This document shows positions 17,629 to 25,913 of a DNA stretch of 64,000 nucleotides, piece after piece. A model generated the notes under the pieces. It ran no database searches, was not told the DNA's origin, and was given only the letters and a program-made list of their open reading frames with translations. Position numbers and translations under genes: made by a program. The stretch is from Streptosporangiaceae bacterium (GTDB lineage Bacteria; Actinomycetota; Actinomycetes; Streptosporangiales; Streptosporangiaceae). Within the stretch, counting starts at the first letter, position 1. Each line of letters opens with the position of its first letter. The stretch lies in the NCBI GenBank assembly GCA_036509255.1, contig DATCFY010000058.1, positions 5,988-69,987 on the forward strand. Reading direction: 5' to 3'.

Positions 17629-18027
17629 CAGGGTGCGGGCCTTGCCGGCCCGGGCCGGCTGCGCCGTCTCGGCGAGCACAGCCGGCCGGGGCCGTCCCCC
17701 GCTCCCGCTTCCCCTGGCCCGGTTGGCGGGCTTCCTGACTGGACGGAGCGTCCCGGGGCCCGCCTGATACGGCTGCAGCGGAACCGGTCCCGGAAAACTT
17801 GCGCCGCGCGGGTGGTATCACGCCCGGCCTGGCGGCCTCCGTCTCAGCGAAGCGTGCAGTCGAGCCAGGCGGGCGGAGCGTGGCGGCGGTCTCCGGCCGC
17901 CGCGCCGCCAGAGGGTCAGGTGCCGATGGGGATAGCGTCCGGACCGGGCCGTACCCGTACAATGCAGGGCATTCACGGGCCTCCCGCGGCGCTGCGGCGG
18001 CCCGCGCGGCGAGAGGACGGGCCCGCG

Positions 18028-18645
18028 ATGCGCGATGACTCGCCGGTCGCCGTGCTGGTGGCCCGGGCCCGGGACGGTGACAAGCAGGCCTGGGACGCGA
18101 TCGTGGACCGGTACGCGCCGCTGATCTGGTCGATCTGCCGCCGGTACCGGCTGGACCGGGCCGACGCGGACGACGTGGGGCAGAGCGTCTGGCTCCGGCT
18201 GGTGGACCAGTTAGCGCTGATCCGCGAGCCTGCGGCGCTGCCGGGCTGGCTGGCCACGACCACCCGCCGGGAGTGCGGCCGGGTGCTCAGCGCGGCCCGC
18301 CGGCAGGAGGCGCTGGGCGATGCGGTGGACGCCGCGGACGTCCCGGACGGTGAGCCGGCGGCGGCGGAACGCGAGGTGCTCGCCGCCGAACGGCACGCGG
18401 CGCTCCGGGAGGCCTTCACCCACCTGCCGCCGCGCTGCCAGGAGCTGGTCGGCCTGCTCCTGGAGGATCCGCCCGTCCCCTACGCTGACATCAGTGCCAA
18501 GCTGGGCATCCCGGTCGGCAGCATCGGCCCGAGCCGGGCCCGCTGCCTGGACCGTCTCCGCCGGTATCCGGCGGTCGCCGCCCTGATCAGCAACGAAATC
18601 CCGGCCGGAGGTGACCCCAGTGACGAGCCAGCAGTGGGCCGATGA
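18028..18645 (+). CDS. ECF-type sigma-70 family RNA polymerase sigma factor
   Basis: Region 2 (DAIVDRYAPLIWSICRRY...DADDVGQSVWLRL) and region 4 (LPPRCQELVGLLLEDPPVPYADISAKLGIPVGSIGPSRARCLDRLR). The ORF opens at 17812, and ATG 18028 is preferred. Confidence 0.8.
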   Translation: MRDDSPVAVLVARARDGDKQAWDAIVDRYAPLIWSICRRYRLDRADADDVGQSVWLRLVDQLALIREPAALPGWLATTTRRECGRVLSAARRQEALGDAVDAADVPDGEPAAAEREVLAAERHAALREAFTHLPPRCQELVGLLLEDPPVPYADISAKLGIPVGSIGPSRARCLDRLRRYPAVAALISNEIPAGGDPSDEPAVGR

Positions 18646-19081
18646 TCGCCTGATGGCGGAGCTGGGTGAGGCTGTCCGCGCCGCGCGGGCCGTTCCGCCC
18701 GAGTTCACCGAGACGGGCAAGGCCGCGTATACCTGGCGCAACGTCGACGCTGAACTGGCTGCCCTGACGTTCGACTCAGCCGCCCAGGCGGCGGCCGTGC
18801 CGGCCGTCCGGGCGGAGGAAGCCAGCCCGCGGTTCCTGACGTTCGCGGGGTCGGAGCTCACGATCGAGCTGGAGATCGGCCCGGACTCGATCGTGGGCCA
18901 GATCGTCCCGCCGGCGCCCGGGCACGTGGACGCCTGCCCGGCCACCGGGGCGGCCGCGACCGCGGAGATCGACGAGATCGGCTGCTTCATCATCCGGCCG
19001 CTGCCGTCCTCGCCCTTCCGGCTGCACTGCCACACCACGGCCGGCGTCAGCGTCCTGACCACCTGGATCACATTGCAGTAG
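18620..19081 (+). CDS. Hypothetical protein overlapping the sigma gene's 3' end (candidate sigma partner or anti-sigma-like)
   Basis: GGAGG lies 8 nt before GTG 18620 (alternative GTG at 18611). It overlaps the sigma stop by 26 nt. No ZAS HxxxCxxC motif and no TM helix. High GC3. Confidence 0.55.
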   Translation: MTSQQWADDRLMAELGEAVRAARAVPPEFTETGKAAYTWRNVDAELAALTFDSAAQAAAVPAVRAEEASPRFLTFAGSELTIELEIGPDSIVGQIVPPAPGHVDACPATGAAATAEIDEIGCFIIRPLPSSPFRLHCHTTAGVSVLTTWITLQ

Positions 19082-19092
19082 CGGCGACTCCC

Positions 19093-19124
19093 CCGGCCCC
19101 GGCCGCAGTTCCGGCCGGGGCCGG
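19093..19124 (+). terminator. Hairpin CCGGCCCCGGCC-N8-GGCCGGGGCCGG after the sigma operon
   Basis: Perfect 12-bp stem 12 nt after the stop at 19081. Confidence 0.45.
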
Positions 19125-19153
19125 CCCATAACAATCCGCCGCAACGAAAACCG

Positions 19154-19184
19154 AGGCCCCGGGCGTGCCTACCACCCGGGGCCT
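19154..19184 (-). terminator. Hairpin AGGCCCCGGG-N11-CCCGGGGCCT downstream of the minus-strand small gene
   Basis: Perfect 10-bp stem 23 nt beyond the stop at 19207. Confidence 0.45.
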
Positions 19185-19206
19185 GGCTAGCGCTGAAGCG
19201 CAGTGC

Positions 19207-19635
19207 TCACAGCAGGATGAAGGGATCGCTCTGCTTGATCGAGACGATCTGGCCGTTGCCGGTGAAGAGCGCCGCCGTGTACTGGCACACGTGGCCTTTG
19301 ACGCCAGCGGGCGGTGTCACCGTCTCCGAATGGTTGAATGTGTTGTACAGCGGCGACGGCGACTTCCAGTTGGCCGCGCTGCCGAACGTGTCGGTGCTCG
19401 CGTTGAGCACGCCGCCGGGCTTGAGCGACGCCGGGGCGGGCCCGCTAGCCGTCACGTCGGTGCAGGTGGTGTGCAGGGTGTAGGCACCGGTCAGCCCGGC
19501 ACCGGCCACCATCTCAAGAGTGACGTCGAACGCCCCCCCACCGGGAGCGTTCGGCGCGTCATCCGCGATGTCAGAGACCGCGCCCGCGGCGTTCACGTAG
19601 AGGCTGGTGATCTTGGCGTCGTTGAAGTTTGGCAT
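19207..19635 (-). CDS. Hypothetical 142-aa protein, beta-rich, no signal peptide
   Basis: The internal ATG of the 254-aa ORF gives MPNFNDAKITSLYVNAAG...SIKQSDPFILL. High GC3 begins only from this ATG. Hairpins flank it on both sides. Confidence 0.6.
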   Translation of the reverse strand: MPNFNDAKITSLYVNAAGAVSDIADDAPNAPGGGAFDVTLEMVAGAGLTGAYTLHTTCTDVTASGPAPASLKPGGVLNASTDTFGSAANWKSPSPLYNTFNHSETVTPPAGVKGHVCQYTAALFTGNGQIVSIKQSDPFILL

Positions 19636-19665
19636 GGTGCAATTCGCCCCCTGGCAGAAATGCAG

Positions 19666-19702
19666 GGCCGCCGGTCGCGGCGGCCGGGAGGCCTTTCCTC
19701 CC
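19666..19702 (-). terminator. Two adjacent hairpins after the DMFase-like gene
   Basis: GGCCGCCG-N4-CGGCGGCC (19666-19685) and GGGAGG-N5-CCTCCC (19686-19702). Confidence 0.4.
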
Positions 19703-19757
19703 ACCCGTGCAGAGCGCGGCGGGGCCGGTGAGATACAGCTCTGACCGGGCCACGTGC

Positions 19758-21380
19758 TTACAGCACCACTGGCGGCCAGAGGTTGTGCTGGGCGGCGATC
19801 GGATCGCCCGGCCATTCGTGCATCGAGTCGAGGTTGTCGTGCGCGGGGAATTTCGCCGCGGCCGGGCCCTCGGCGAACCCGCGCAGCAGGTTGGTGGTCA
19901 CCTGCCGGGTGAACTCGCCCGCGTGCTTGTTCAGGCCGAACAGGCGCAGCCCGTTGCTGGCCGCCACCCACCGCATGGTGCCGGCGTTGAACACTCCCGC
20001 CCCGCCGCGGTGCGTGCAGTAGGCGGAGTCCGAGTAGCTGTTCACGCCGCGGCAGTTCAGCGGCGAGTGCGAGAGCACCTCCATCGGCCGCTCGACCGGG
20101 TAGACCGGGTTCACCCGGTCGTACTCGATGCCGACCAGCCCGGTGAACTTGGCGCCCTTGCGGACCCCAGTGTGCGCGTAGATCCAGCTGTCCGGCGAGG
20201 CGACGACGTAGTCGGCGGTCACCGGGTTCGACTCGTACAGCGTCCCGGTCAGCGACGACTCCGGGTCCGGGCTGGGCGGCTCCCGCCAGTCGCTGGTCAC
20301 CAGGGCGTTGTTCTTGCCGTACATCGGGTCCTGCAGGTAGCTCGTCTTGTAGCAGATGACCAGCCGCCCGGCCCCCAGCCGCGTACTGGCCATCCGGGTC
20401 CGCCGGAACAGCGTGTTCGCGCCCATGAAGGCGATGTTCATCCCCGCGTTCCGGGCCGCGGTGACGTGCGCGCGTTCCTGCGGGGTCCAGTACTCGTCGT
20501 GGCCCGGGGTGAACAGCGCATGGGCCCCATCCAGCAGGTGCGGGTCGCCGTCGATGTCCATGCTGGTCACGTAGGCCAGCGGCAGGCCGGTCCGCTCAGC
20601 CAGCTCGATGGTCTTCCGCTCGTGGTACAGGAACATGTAGGCGCCGTTAGCGTCGTACGGCCGGTCCAGGCTTACCGCGAGGGACCGGTTGGCGTAATCC
20701 CCGACACCGTTAGGACCGTTATAGAGGTCGTAGCCACCCCAGGTGTTGTAGGCCTGCCAGGTTTCCACGCCGTTCTTGATCACGATCTTGCCGGAGGTGC
20801 TGGCCGACCGGACGGTGACGGGCACGAACCGCTGGGCGCCGTTCTCCGCGTCCAGCCGGAACAGGTACGAGCCCTCCGGCCAGTCGTGCGTCGGCACGGT
20901 CAGGGATGGTTCCCACCTGGCTTCCACCGTGTTGGTCGGCCTGATCAGGTCCGGCTGGCGCTGCCGGTGCCCCTTCACCGTGGCCGACTTCCACAGCCGC
21001 CGCGCCTCGTCCCCGTGGTACCAGCCCATCCGGAACGCGCTGACCCGGAAGGAGCGGGCCGTGGTGGATACGTACAAGGTGATCGGCTCGCCGGGCAGCA
21101 CGCTGGCCTGGCCCGCGTAGCCCACGATGGCGTCCGGGGCGCCGAGATGCCGGATGTTCCAGTGCGGGTCGCCCGGGAGATCGTTCTCGCTGACCGGGCC
21201 CCGTGCCTTCGCGCGCACAGCCTGCTCGTGGGCCTGGCCGGTGCTCCCGCTGCGGCCCACGGACCGGGCCGCCGCGCTGCACGCGGCGGCGCCCGCGGCG
21301 GTGGCCGCGGCCGCGATCCCGAAGAACGCCCGGCGCGAATAGCGCGCGTAGTGAGAGGGCCATCCCATGCGGTCCATCAT
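19758..21380 (-). CDS. Tat-secreted protein resembling the N,N-dimethylformamidase large-subunit-like family
   Basis: Twin-arginine signal (YSRRAFFGIAAAATAAGAAAC). Motifs ETWQAYNTWGGYDLY and TPGHDEYWT are recalled from that family. Only the 3' 541 codons of the 1161-aa ORF are coding. Start is ATG 21380. Confidence 0.65.
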   Translation of the reverse strand: MMDRMGWPSHYARYSRRAFFGIAAAATAAGAAACSAAARSVGRSGSTGQAHEQAVRAKARGPVSENDLPGDPHWNIRHLGAPDAIVGYAGQASVLPGEPITLYVSTTARSFRVSAFRMGWYHGDEARRLWKSATVKGHRQRQPDLIRPTNTVEARWEPSLTVPTHDWPEGSYLFRLDAENGAQRFVPVTVRSASTSGKIVIKNGVETWQAYNTWGGYDLYNGPNGVGDYANRSLAVSLDRPYDANGAYMFLYHERKTIELAERTGLPLAYVTSMDIDGDPHLLDGAHALFTPGHDEYWTPQERAHVTAARNAGMNIAFMGANTLFRRTRMASTRLGAGRLVICYKTSYLQDPMYGKNNALVTSDWREPPSPDPESSLTGTLYESNPVTADYVVASPDSWIYAHTGVRKGAKFTGLVGIEYDRVNPVYPVERPMEVLSHSPLNCRGVNSYSDSAYCTHRGGAGVFNAGTMRWVAASNGLRLFGLNKHAGEFTRQVTTNLLRGFAEGPAAAKFPAHDNLDSMHEWPGDPIAAQHNLWPPVVL

Positions 21381-21539
21381 GAACCCGCGGCCGGAGTGAT
21401 ACCGGCAGCCGGGCCGACACGCACGAGCCGGATGACTTTTCTTGACCATTCCGATACCGGGCTGGCCACGGCACCCCGGCCCGCGCCGGGTGCCGTGAAT
21501 CGGTACTGACCACACGTCCGGGGATGCCACAATCCGGAC

Positions 21540-23201
21540 ATGCTTCCAGGCGCTACCGACTCGGCTGACGATCCCCTCGAACAGGATGCTCCGGACCATC
21601 CGGTCGACGACCCGGCCATCGCGGCGTGGTTCCTGGGCGATGGCGACCGGGCTAACCCCGCGACTGACCTGCGGACCTTCACGATCGGGAACCTGGTCCA
21701 GCCGCTCGTGGACGGGCGCAGCTACTTCGCCCGGCTGAACGCTGAACTGAACGCCACTGAGCCAGGTGACCAGGTCTACTTCCTGGACTTCCGCGGCGAC
21801 CTGGATGAACTGCTCGATGGTCCCGGCTCGGCGGTCGGCGACGTGCTCGGCCGTGCCGCCCGCCGCGGGGTCAAGGTCTTCGGCCTGCTCTGGCGCTCCC
21901 AGCCCAAAGCGCTGCGCCAGTCCGAGGAGGCCAACGCGGAGTTCGTCCGCCAGATTGACGACGACGGCGGCCAGGTCCTGCTCGACGCGCGGACCCGCCG
22001 GGGCGGCAGCCATCACCAGAAGCTGGTGGTGATCCGCCACCCGGGCGCCCCCGGCCGCGACGTCGCGTTCGTGGGCGGGATCGACCTGGGGCACGGCCGC
22101 AACGACGACTCCCGGCACGAGGGCGACGCGCAGGTGATGGATTTCCCGGCCAGCTACGGGCCGCGGCCACCCTGGCATGACATCCAGGCCGAGGTGCGCG
22201 GGGCCGCCGTGCATGACCTGGAGCACACCTTCCGGGAACGCTGGTACGGCAGCAGTGTCCTGGACGTGCCCAGCCCGGTCCGCCAGCTCTACGACCGGGC
22301 GTACCACATGGGCGCGACGACCAGCCGCCCGCTGCCCGAGCCGGTACCGGACGAGAGCATGCCGCGCGGCACGCACGCGGTGCAGGTGCTGCGCACCTAC
22401 CCGGCCCGGCTCCGCCGTTACCCGTTCGCGCCGCTCGGCGAGCGGAGCATCGCGCACGCGTACCGGAAGGCGTTCGAGCGGGCCCGCTGCCTGGTCTACC
22501 TGGAGGACCAGTACTTCTGGTCGCGGCCGGTGGCCAACCTCATCGCGTCGGCCCTGCGCACCCATCCTGGCCTGCACGTCCTCGCGGTCGTGCCGCGATA
22601 CCCGGACAACGACGGCCCGGTCACCCGGATGCCCGGCCTGCTCGCCCGGCACGATGTCGTCCGCGCCTGCACCGCCGCGGGAGGTGACCGGTTCGCGATC
22701 TACGACCTGGAGAACCACCAGGGCAACCCGGTCTACGTGCACGCCAAGATCGTGGTCGTGGACGACGTCTGGGCGATGGTCGGGTCGGACAACCTGAACC
22801 GGCGGTCCTGGAGCCACGACAGCGAGCTGTCCATCGGCGTGCTGGACGCGGAACCGGATCCCCGGGAGCCCCGTGACCCGGCCGGGCTGGGCGACGGGGC
22901 CCGGGTGTTCGCCCGCGACCTGCGTCTCCGGCTCTGCGGCGAGCACCTGGACCGGGATCCCGATGATGTGGCCGACCTGCTGAGCCCGGTGGACATGTTC
23001 GCGGCGTTCCGCAGGCAGGCCGGGCAGCTGGCGGCCTGGCACGACGGGGGCGGCACAGGAGAGCGCCCGCCCGGGCGGGTACTGCCGCACCGGCCCTACC
23101 GGCCGACGGTCACCCAGCGGTGGTGGGCCGCTCCGCTGTACCGCCTGGTGTACGACCCGGACGGCCGGCCGCTGCGCGACCGGCTGCGCGGGCGCCTGTG
23201 A
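21540..23201 (+). CDS. Phospholipase D-family protein (two HKD motifs)
   Basis: HHQKLVVI...GGIDL and VHAKIVVVDDVWAMVGSDNLNRRS. No signal peptide. Confidence 0.85.
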   Translation: MLPGATDSADDPLEQDAPDHPVDDPAIAAWFLGDGDRANPATDLRTFTIGNLVQPLVDGRSYFARLNAELNATEPGDQVYFLDFRGDLDELLDGPGSAVGDVLGRAARRGVKVFGLLWRSQPKALRQSEEANAEFVRQIDDDGGQVLLDARTRRGGSHHQKLVVIRHPGAPGRDVAFVGGIDLGHGRNDDSRHEGDAQVMDFPASYGPRPPWHDIQAEVRGAAVHDLEHTFRERWYGSSVLDVPSPVRQLYDRAYHMGATTSRPLPEPVPDESMPRGTHAVQVLRTYPARLRRYPFAPLGERSIAHAYRKAFERARCLVYLEDQYFWSRPVANLIASALRTHPGLHVLAVVPRYPDNDGPVTRMPGLLARHDVVRACTAAGGDRFAIYDLENHQGNPVYVHAKIVVVDDVWAMVGSDNLNRRSWSHDSELSIGVLDAEPDPREPRDPAGLGDGARVFARDLRLRLCGEHLDRDPDDVADLLSPVDMFAAFRRQAGQLAAWHDGGGTGERPPGRVLPHRPYRPTVTQRWWAAPLYRLVYDPDGRPLRDRLRGRL

Positions 23202-23332
23202 CCCGCCCCGCCCGGCCGCGCCGAATTCTGCGCTGCGCGTCACAGAGCATCAGACAACCTCTGGCCGCGCTCAGGCGTCTGCAGAGGTACCAGCGCCGGG
23301 TGCTGGCCCGTGCAGCAGATGGATGGTGGCAG

Positions 23333-24319
23333 ATGAGATGGTTCCGATCCCCGCGACAGGGCCGCGTCAGCCTGGCCGCCGCGGCGGCCGTGCTCTGCGC
23401 CGGGGTCACCGGGGCCGTGGTCACCGGGACCGGCGCTCCGGCGCTGGCGGGTTCGTCGGGCGGCCAGCGCGCTGCGGCGGGCTCGATCGCGGTGAGCTGC
23501 CTCTCACCCGCCCACCCGAAGCTGGCGGCCCGGATCTCCCGCGGCATTCATGCGGCGCTGAGCGGACGTTCGTCCACGGTGGGGCTGCGCGTGTACGACA
23601 AGAGCGAGGACCTGAACTGCTGGCTCAACACCACGATGCACTTCGACTCGGCCAGCGTGGTCAAGGTGATCATTCTGGGCACCCTGCTGCGTGAGGCTGA
23701 GACCCAGCACCGGCAGCTGACTGCATCCGAGTCGCGCCTGGCCCGGCTCATGATCACCCAGTCCAGCAACAATGCCGCCTCAGCGTTGTGGGCCCATGTG
23801 GGCCGCGGCCGGCTGCAGTACTTCCTCAGCCGCGCCGGGATGAAGCAGACCCATCTCGGGCCGGGCGGCTACTGGGGACTGACCCAGATCACCGCGCACG
23901 ACGAACTGCTCCTGATGAACCTGCTCATGTACCCGAACACGGTGCTCAACCCGGGCTCCCGCGACATCGCGCTCAACCTGATGGCCCAGGTCATCCCCTC
24001 CCAGCGGTGGGGGGTGCCGGCCGGCGCACCCGCCAGCCTGACCGTGCACGTGAAGAACGGCTGGCTGCCGCTGGCCACCCACGGCTGGCGTATTAACAGC
24101 ATCGGCTGCTTCACCGGCCACCACCGCGGCTACAGCATCGTCGTCCTCACCGAGGACAACCCGACCATGGCGTACGGGATCACGACGATCCAGGGAGCCG
24201 CGGAGGTCATCCACCGTCAGCTCAATCCCAACGCCACCGTGTTCAGCCCCGTACCGGCCCCGGCTCCGTCGTGGGGCACGCCGGACGAGCAGATCCCGCC
24301 CTCGCTCGGCGGCCGGTAG
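23333..24319 (+). CDS. Secreted serine hydrolase, class A beta-lactamase-like
   Basis: Signal peptide (RVSLAAAAAVLCAGVTGAVVTG...ALA) and an S-x-x-K motif (SVVK). The ORF opens at 23120, and ATG 23333 begins the signal peptide. Confidence 0.7.
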   Translation: MRWFRSPRQGRVSLAAAAAVLCAGVTGAVVTGTGAPALAGSSGGQRAAAGSIAVSCLSPAHPKLAARISRGIHAALSGRSSTVGLRVYDKSEDLNCWLNTTMHFDSASVVKVIILGTLLREAETQHRQLTASESRLARLMITQSSNNAASALWAHVGRGRLQYFLSRAGMKQTHLGPGGYWGLTQITAHDELLLMNLLMYPNTVLNPGSRDIALNLMAQVIPSQRWGVPAGAPASLTVHVKNGWLPLATHGWRINSIGCFTGHHRGYSIVVLTEDNPTMAYGITTIQGAAEVIHRQLNPNATVFSPVPAPAPSWGTPDEQIPPSLGGR

Positions 24320-24575
24320 GCCGCCATGACGGCGCGGACCCGCGCCCGATGACGGCTCCAGCGCCGGCCGGAAATTTTTCGCGGAACCGGGGAACCGCCA
24401 CGGCCATCCCGCACGTCTAAGGGATGCCTCTTCCCACCTGGGGCGCATGGTGAATGGTCGCCCGTACGACCCGGCGAGCAGCGCACAGCAGCCGGGCCGT
24501 GCGGGCGACGCCGTTCCGGGCCGCCCGTGGCGCCGATGGCGCCGATGGCGAAGCGTGAGGGCCAGGCGAGTCAGG

Positions 24576-25139
24576 TCACTCTGGCGTGCCAGGGCCCGAG
24601 GGGGGTGCGGCGGGCCGGTCCAGCCGGCGCAGGCCGGTGCGGTGACGCTCAGCCAGGTCCAGGTAGGTCTGCACCGCGTATTTGATCCATGACTGCTGGC
24701 GCAGGCCGGCGTCGGCGCGGATGGACGCGGGCACGCCGATGGCGAGGGCACCCGCCGGGACGGTCATGTCCTCGAGGACCAGCGCTGCCGCCGCGACCAC
24801 TGCGCCTGCGGCCACCCTGGCCCGGTTGAGGACCATTGACCCCGAGCCGATCAGGCAGCCGTCCTCCACCACGCATCCCTCCAGGTGCGCGCGGTGCCCG
24901 ACGACGCAGTCCGCGCCGATCAGCGTGGGATGTTCCTCGGTCGTGTGCACAATCGTGCCGTCCTGGACCGACGTCCGCTCCCCCACCTTGATCAGGCCGT
25001 GATCCCCCCGCAGCACTGCTCCCGGCCACACCGAGGACCCGGCGGCGAGTTCCACCGCGCCGATCACCACGGCGTCCGGGTGAACGTAAGCCTGAGGGTC
25101 GATGGCGGGTGCGGCCTGGTCCAGTGCATAGATCGGCAC
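24576..25139 (-). CDS. Gamma-class carbonic anhydrase / hexapeptide-repeat family protein
   Basis: PIYALDQAAPAIDPQAYVHPDAVVIG...VWPGAVLRGD...IGERTSVQDGTIVH signature. GTG 25139 is the likely start. Confidence 0.85.
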   Translation of the reverse strand: MPIYALDQAAPAIDPQAYVHPDAVVIGAVELAAGSSVWPGAVLRGDHGLIKVGERTSVQDGTIVHTTEEHPTLIGADCVVGHRAHLEGCVVEDGCLIGSGSMVLNRARVAAGAVVAAAALVLEDMTVPAGALAIGVPASIRADAGLRQQSWIKYAVQTYLDLAERHRTGLRRLDRPAAPPSGPGTPE

Positions 25140-25572
25140 AGCATCACTTCCCCGGAGTGTGTCTGTGGCGCGCAGCAGTGCGGCCACACGTCCCCCATCA
25201 CGCATGGTCCCCGGACCAGCATTACATGGGCCTCACGGATCGGTACGGGCTCTCACTGGAGAAGTTGATCAAGTCACCCGTGGTAATCAGGCCGCATCCG
25301 GCCACCACGTGCGCCGCGCAACGGCGGCGAGTCCAGAGCCTGAGGGCATTGCAGCGCGGGCCGTACGTCCGTACCGCGCCGGACGTCTGTCACCACTTTC
25401 GCGCCGCAACCGATTGTCCCCTTCTCCAGAGTTTTCGCGGAGGTTACGCGGTGATACGAAGGAGAAGACCACGCGGCGATTACGGGAAGAAACCGATCTT
25501 GCCAACCGCGGATCGCGAGAGACATCAGTGTCACCGGAAAGCCGACTGATCATTCAGCCTCCGTCCGCCTGC

Positions 25573-25866
25573 ATGGATACTGGACTGGACCGGACCGGCC
25601 TCAAGCTCGACGAGATCGACGTGTTCGAGGTGAACGAGGCCTTCGCGGCGCAGGCGCTGGCCGTGGTCCGCGAGCTCGGGCTGCCGCCCGAGCGGACCAA
25701 CCCGAACGGCAGCGGCATCTCGCTGGGCCACCCGATCGGCGCAACTGGTGCGATCCTGGTAGTCAAGGCCCTGCACGAGCTGCACCGGACCGGAGGCCGG
25801 TACGCCCTCACCACGATGTGCATCGGCGGCGGCCAGGGTATCGTCGCGATCTTCGAACGGGCCTAG
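25573..25866 (+). pseudogene. Acetyl-CoA acetyltransferase (thiolase) C-terminal remnant, about 95 of about 400 aa
   Basis: LDEIDVFEVNEAFAAQALAV...NPNGSGISLGHPIGATGA...TMCIGGGQGIVAIFERA is the thiolase C-terminal catalytic region. Nothing thiolase-like lies upstream. Confidence 0.7.
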
Positions 25867-25913
25867 CCCCCGAGTGGCCTGGTCCGGGTTTGTCCATCTC
25901 CAGGAGGTGCCCA

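Noticed and set aside
14899-17679. 926-aa ORF antisense to the CHAT gene. Similar long antisense or shadow ORFs occur at 42057-45251 (+), 45503-47773 (-), 19629-21509 (+), 688-2691 (+) and 35302-36798 (-).
   Set aside because: Their products are Arg/Pro/Gly-rich low-complexity translations, typical of wrong-frame reading in a 70% GC genome. The opposite strand carries clear domain-bearing genes with high GC3.
21381-23243. The upstream two-thirds of the 1161-aa minus-strand ORF 19758-23243.
   Set aside because: Only the part from ATG 21380 shows a Tat signal and family motifs. The rest is antisense to the well-supported PLD gene (two HKD motifs) on the plus strand.
24447-24692. 81-aa ORF downstream of the ECF-like motif.
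   Set aside because: It is Arg/Trp-rich nonsense (PWRRWRRWRSVRARRVRSLW) and lies antisense to the gamma-carbonic-anhydrase gene. It is not credible as a protein.
25159-25866. The full 235-aa ORF treated as an intact protein.
   Set aside because: Only the last 95 or so residues are thiolase-like. The N-terminal 140 residues are low-GC3, Arg-rich and match nothing. The feature is treated as a remnant.
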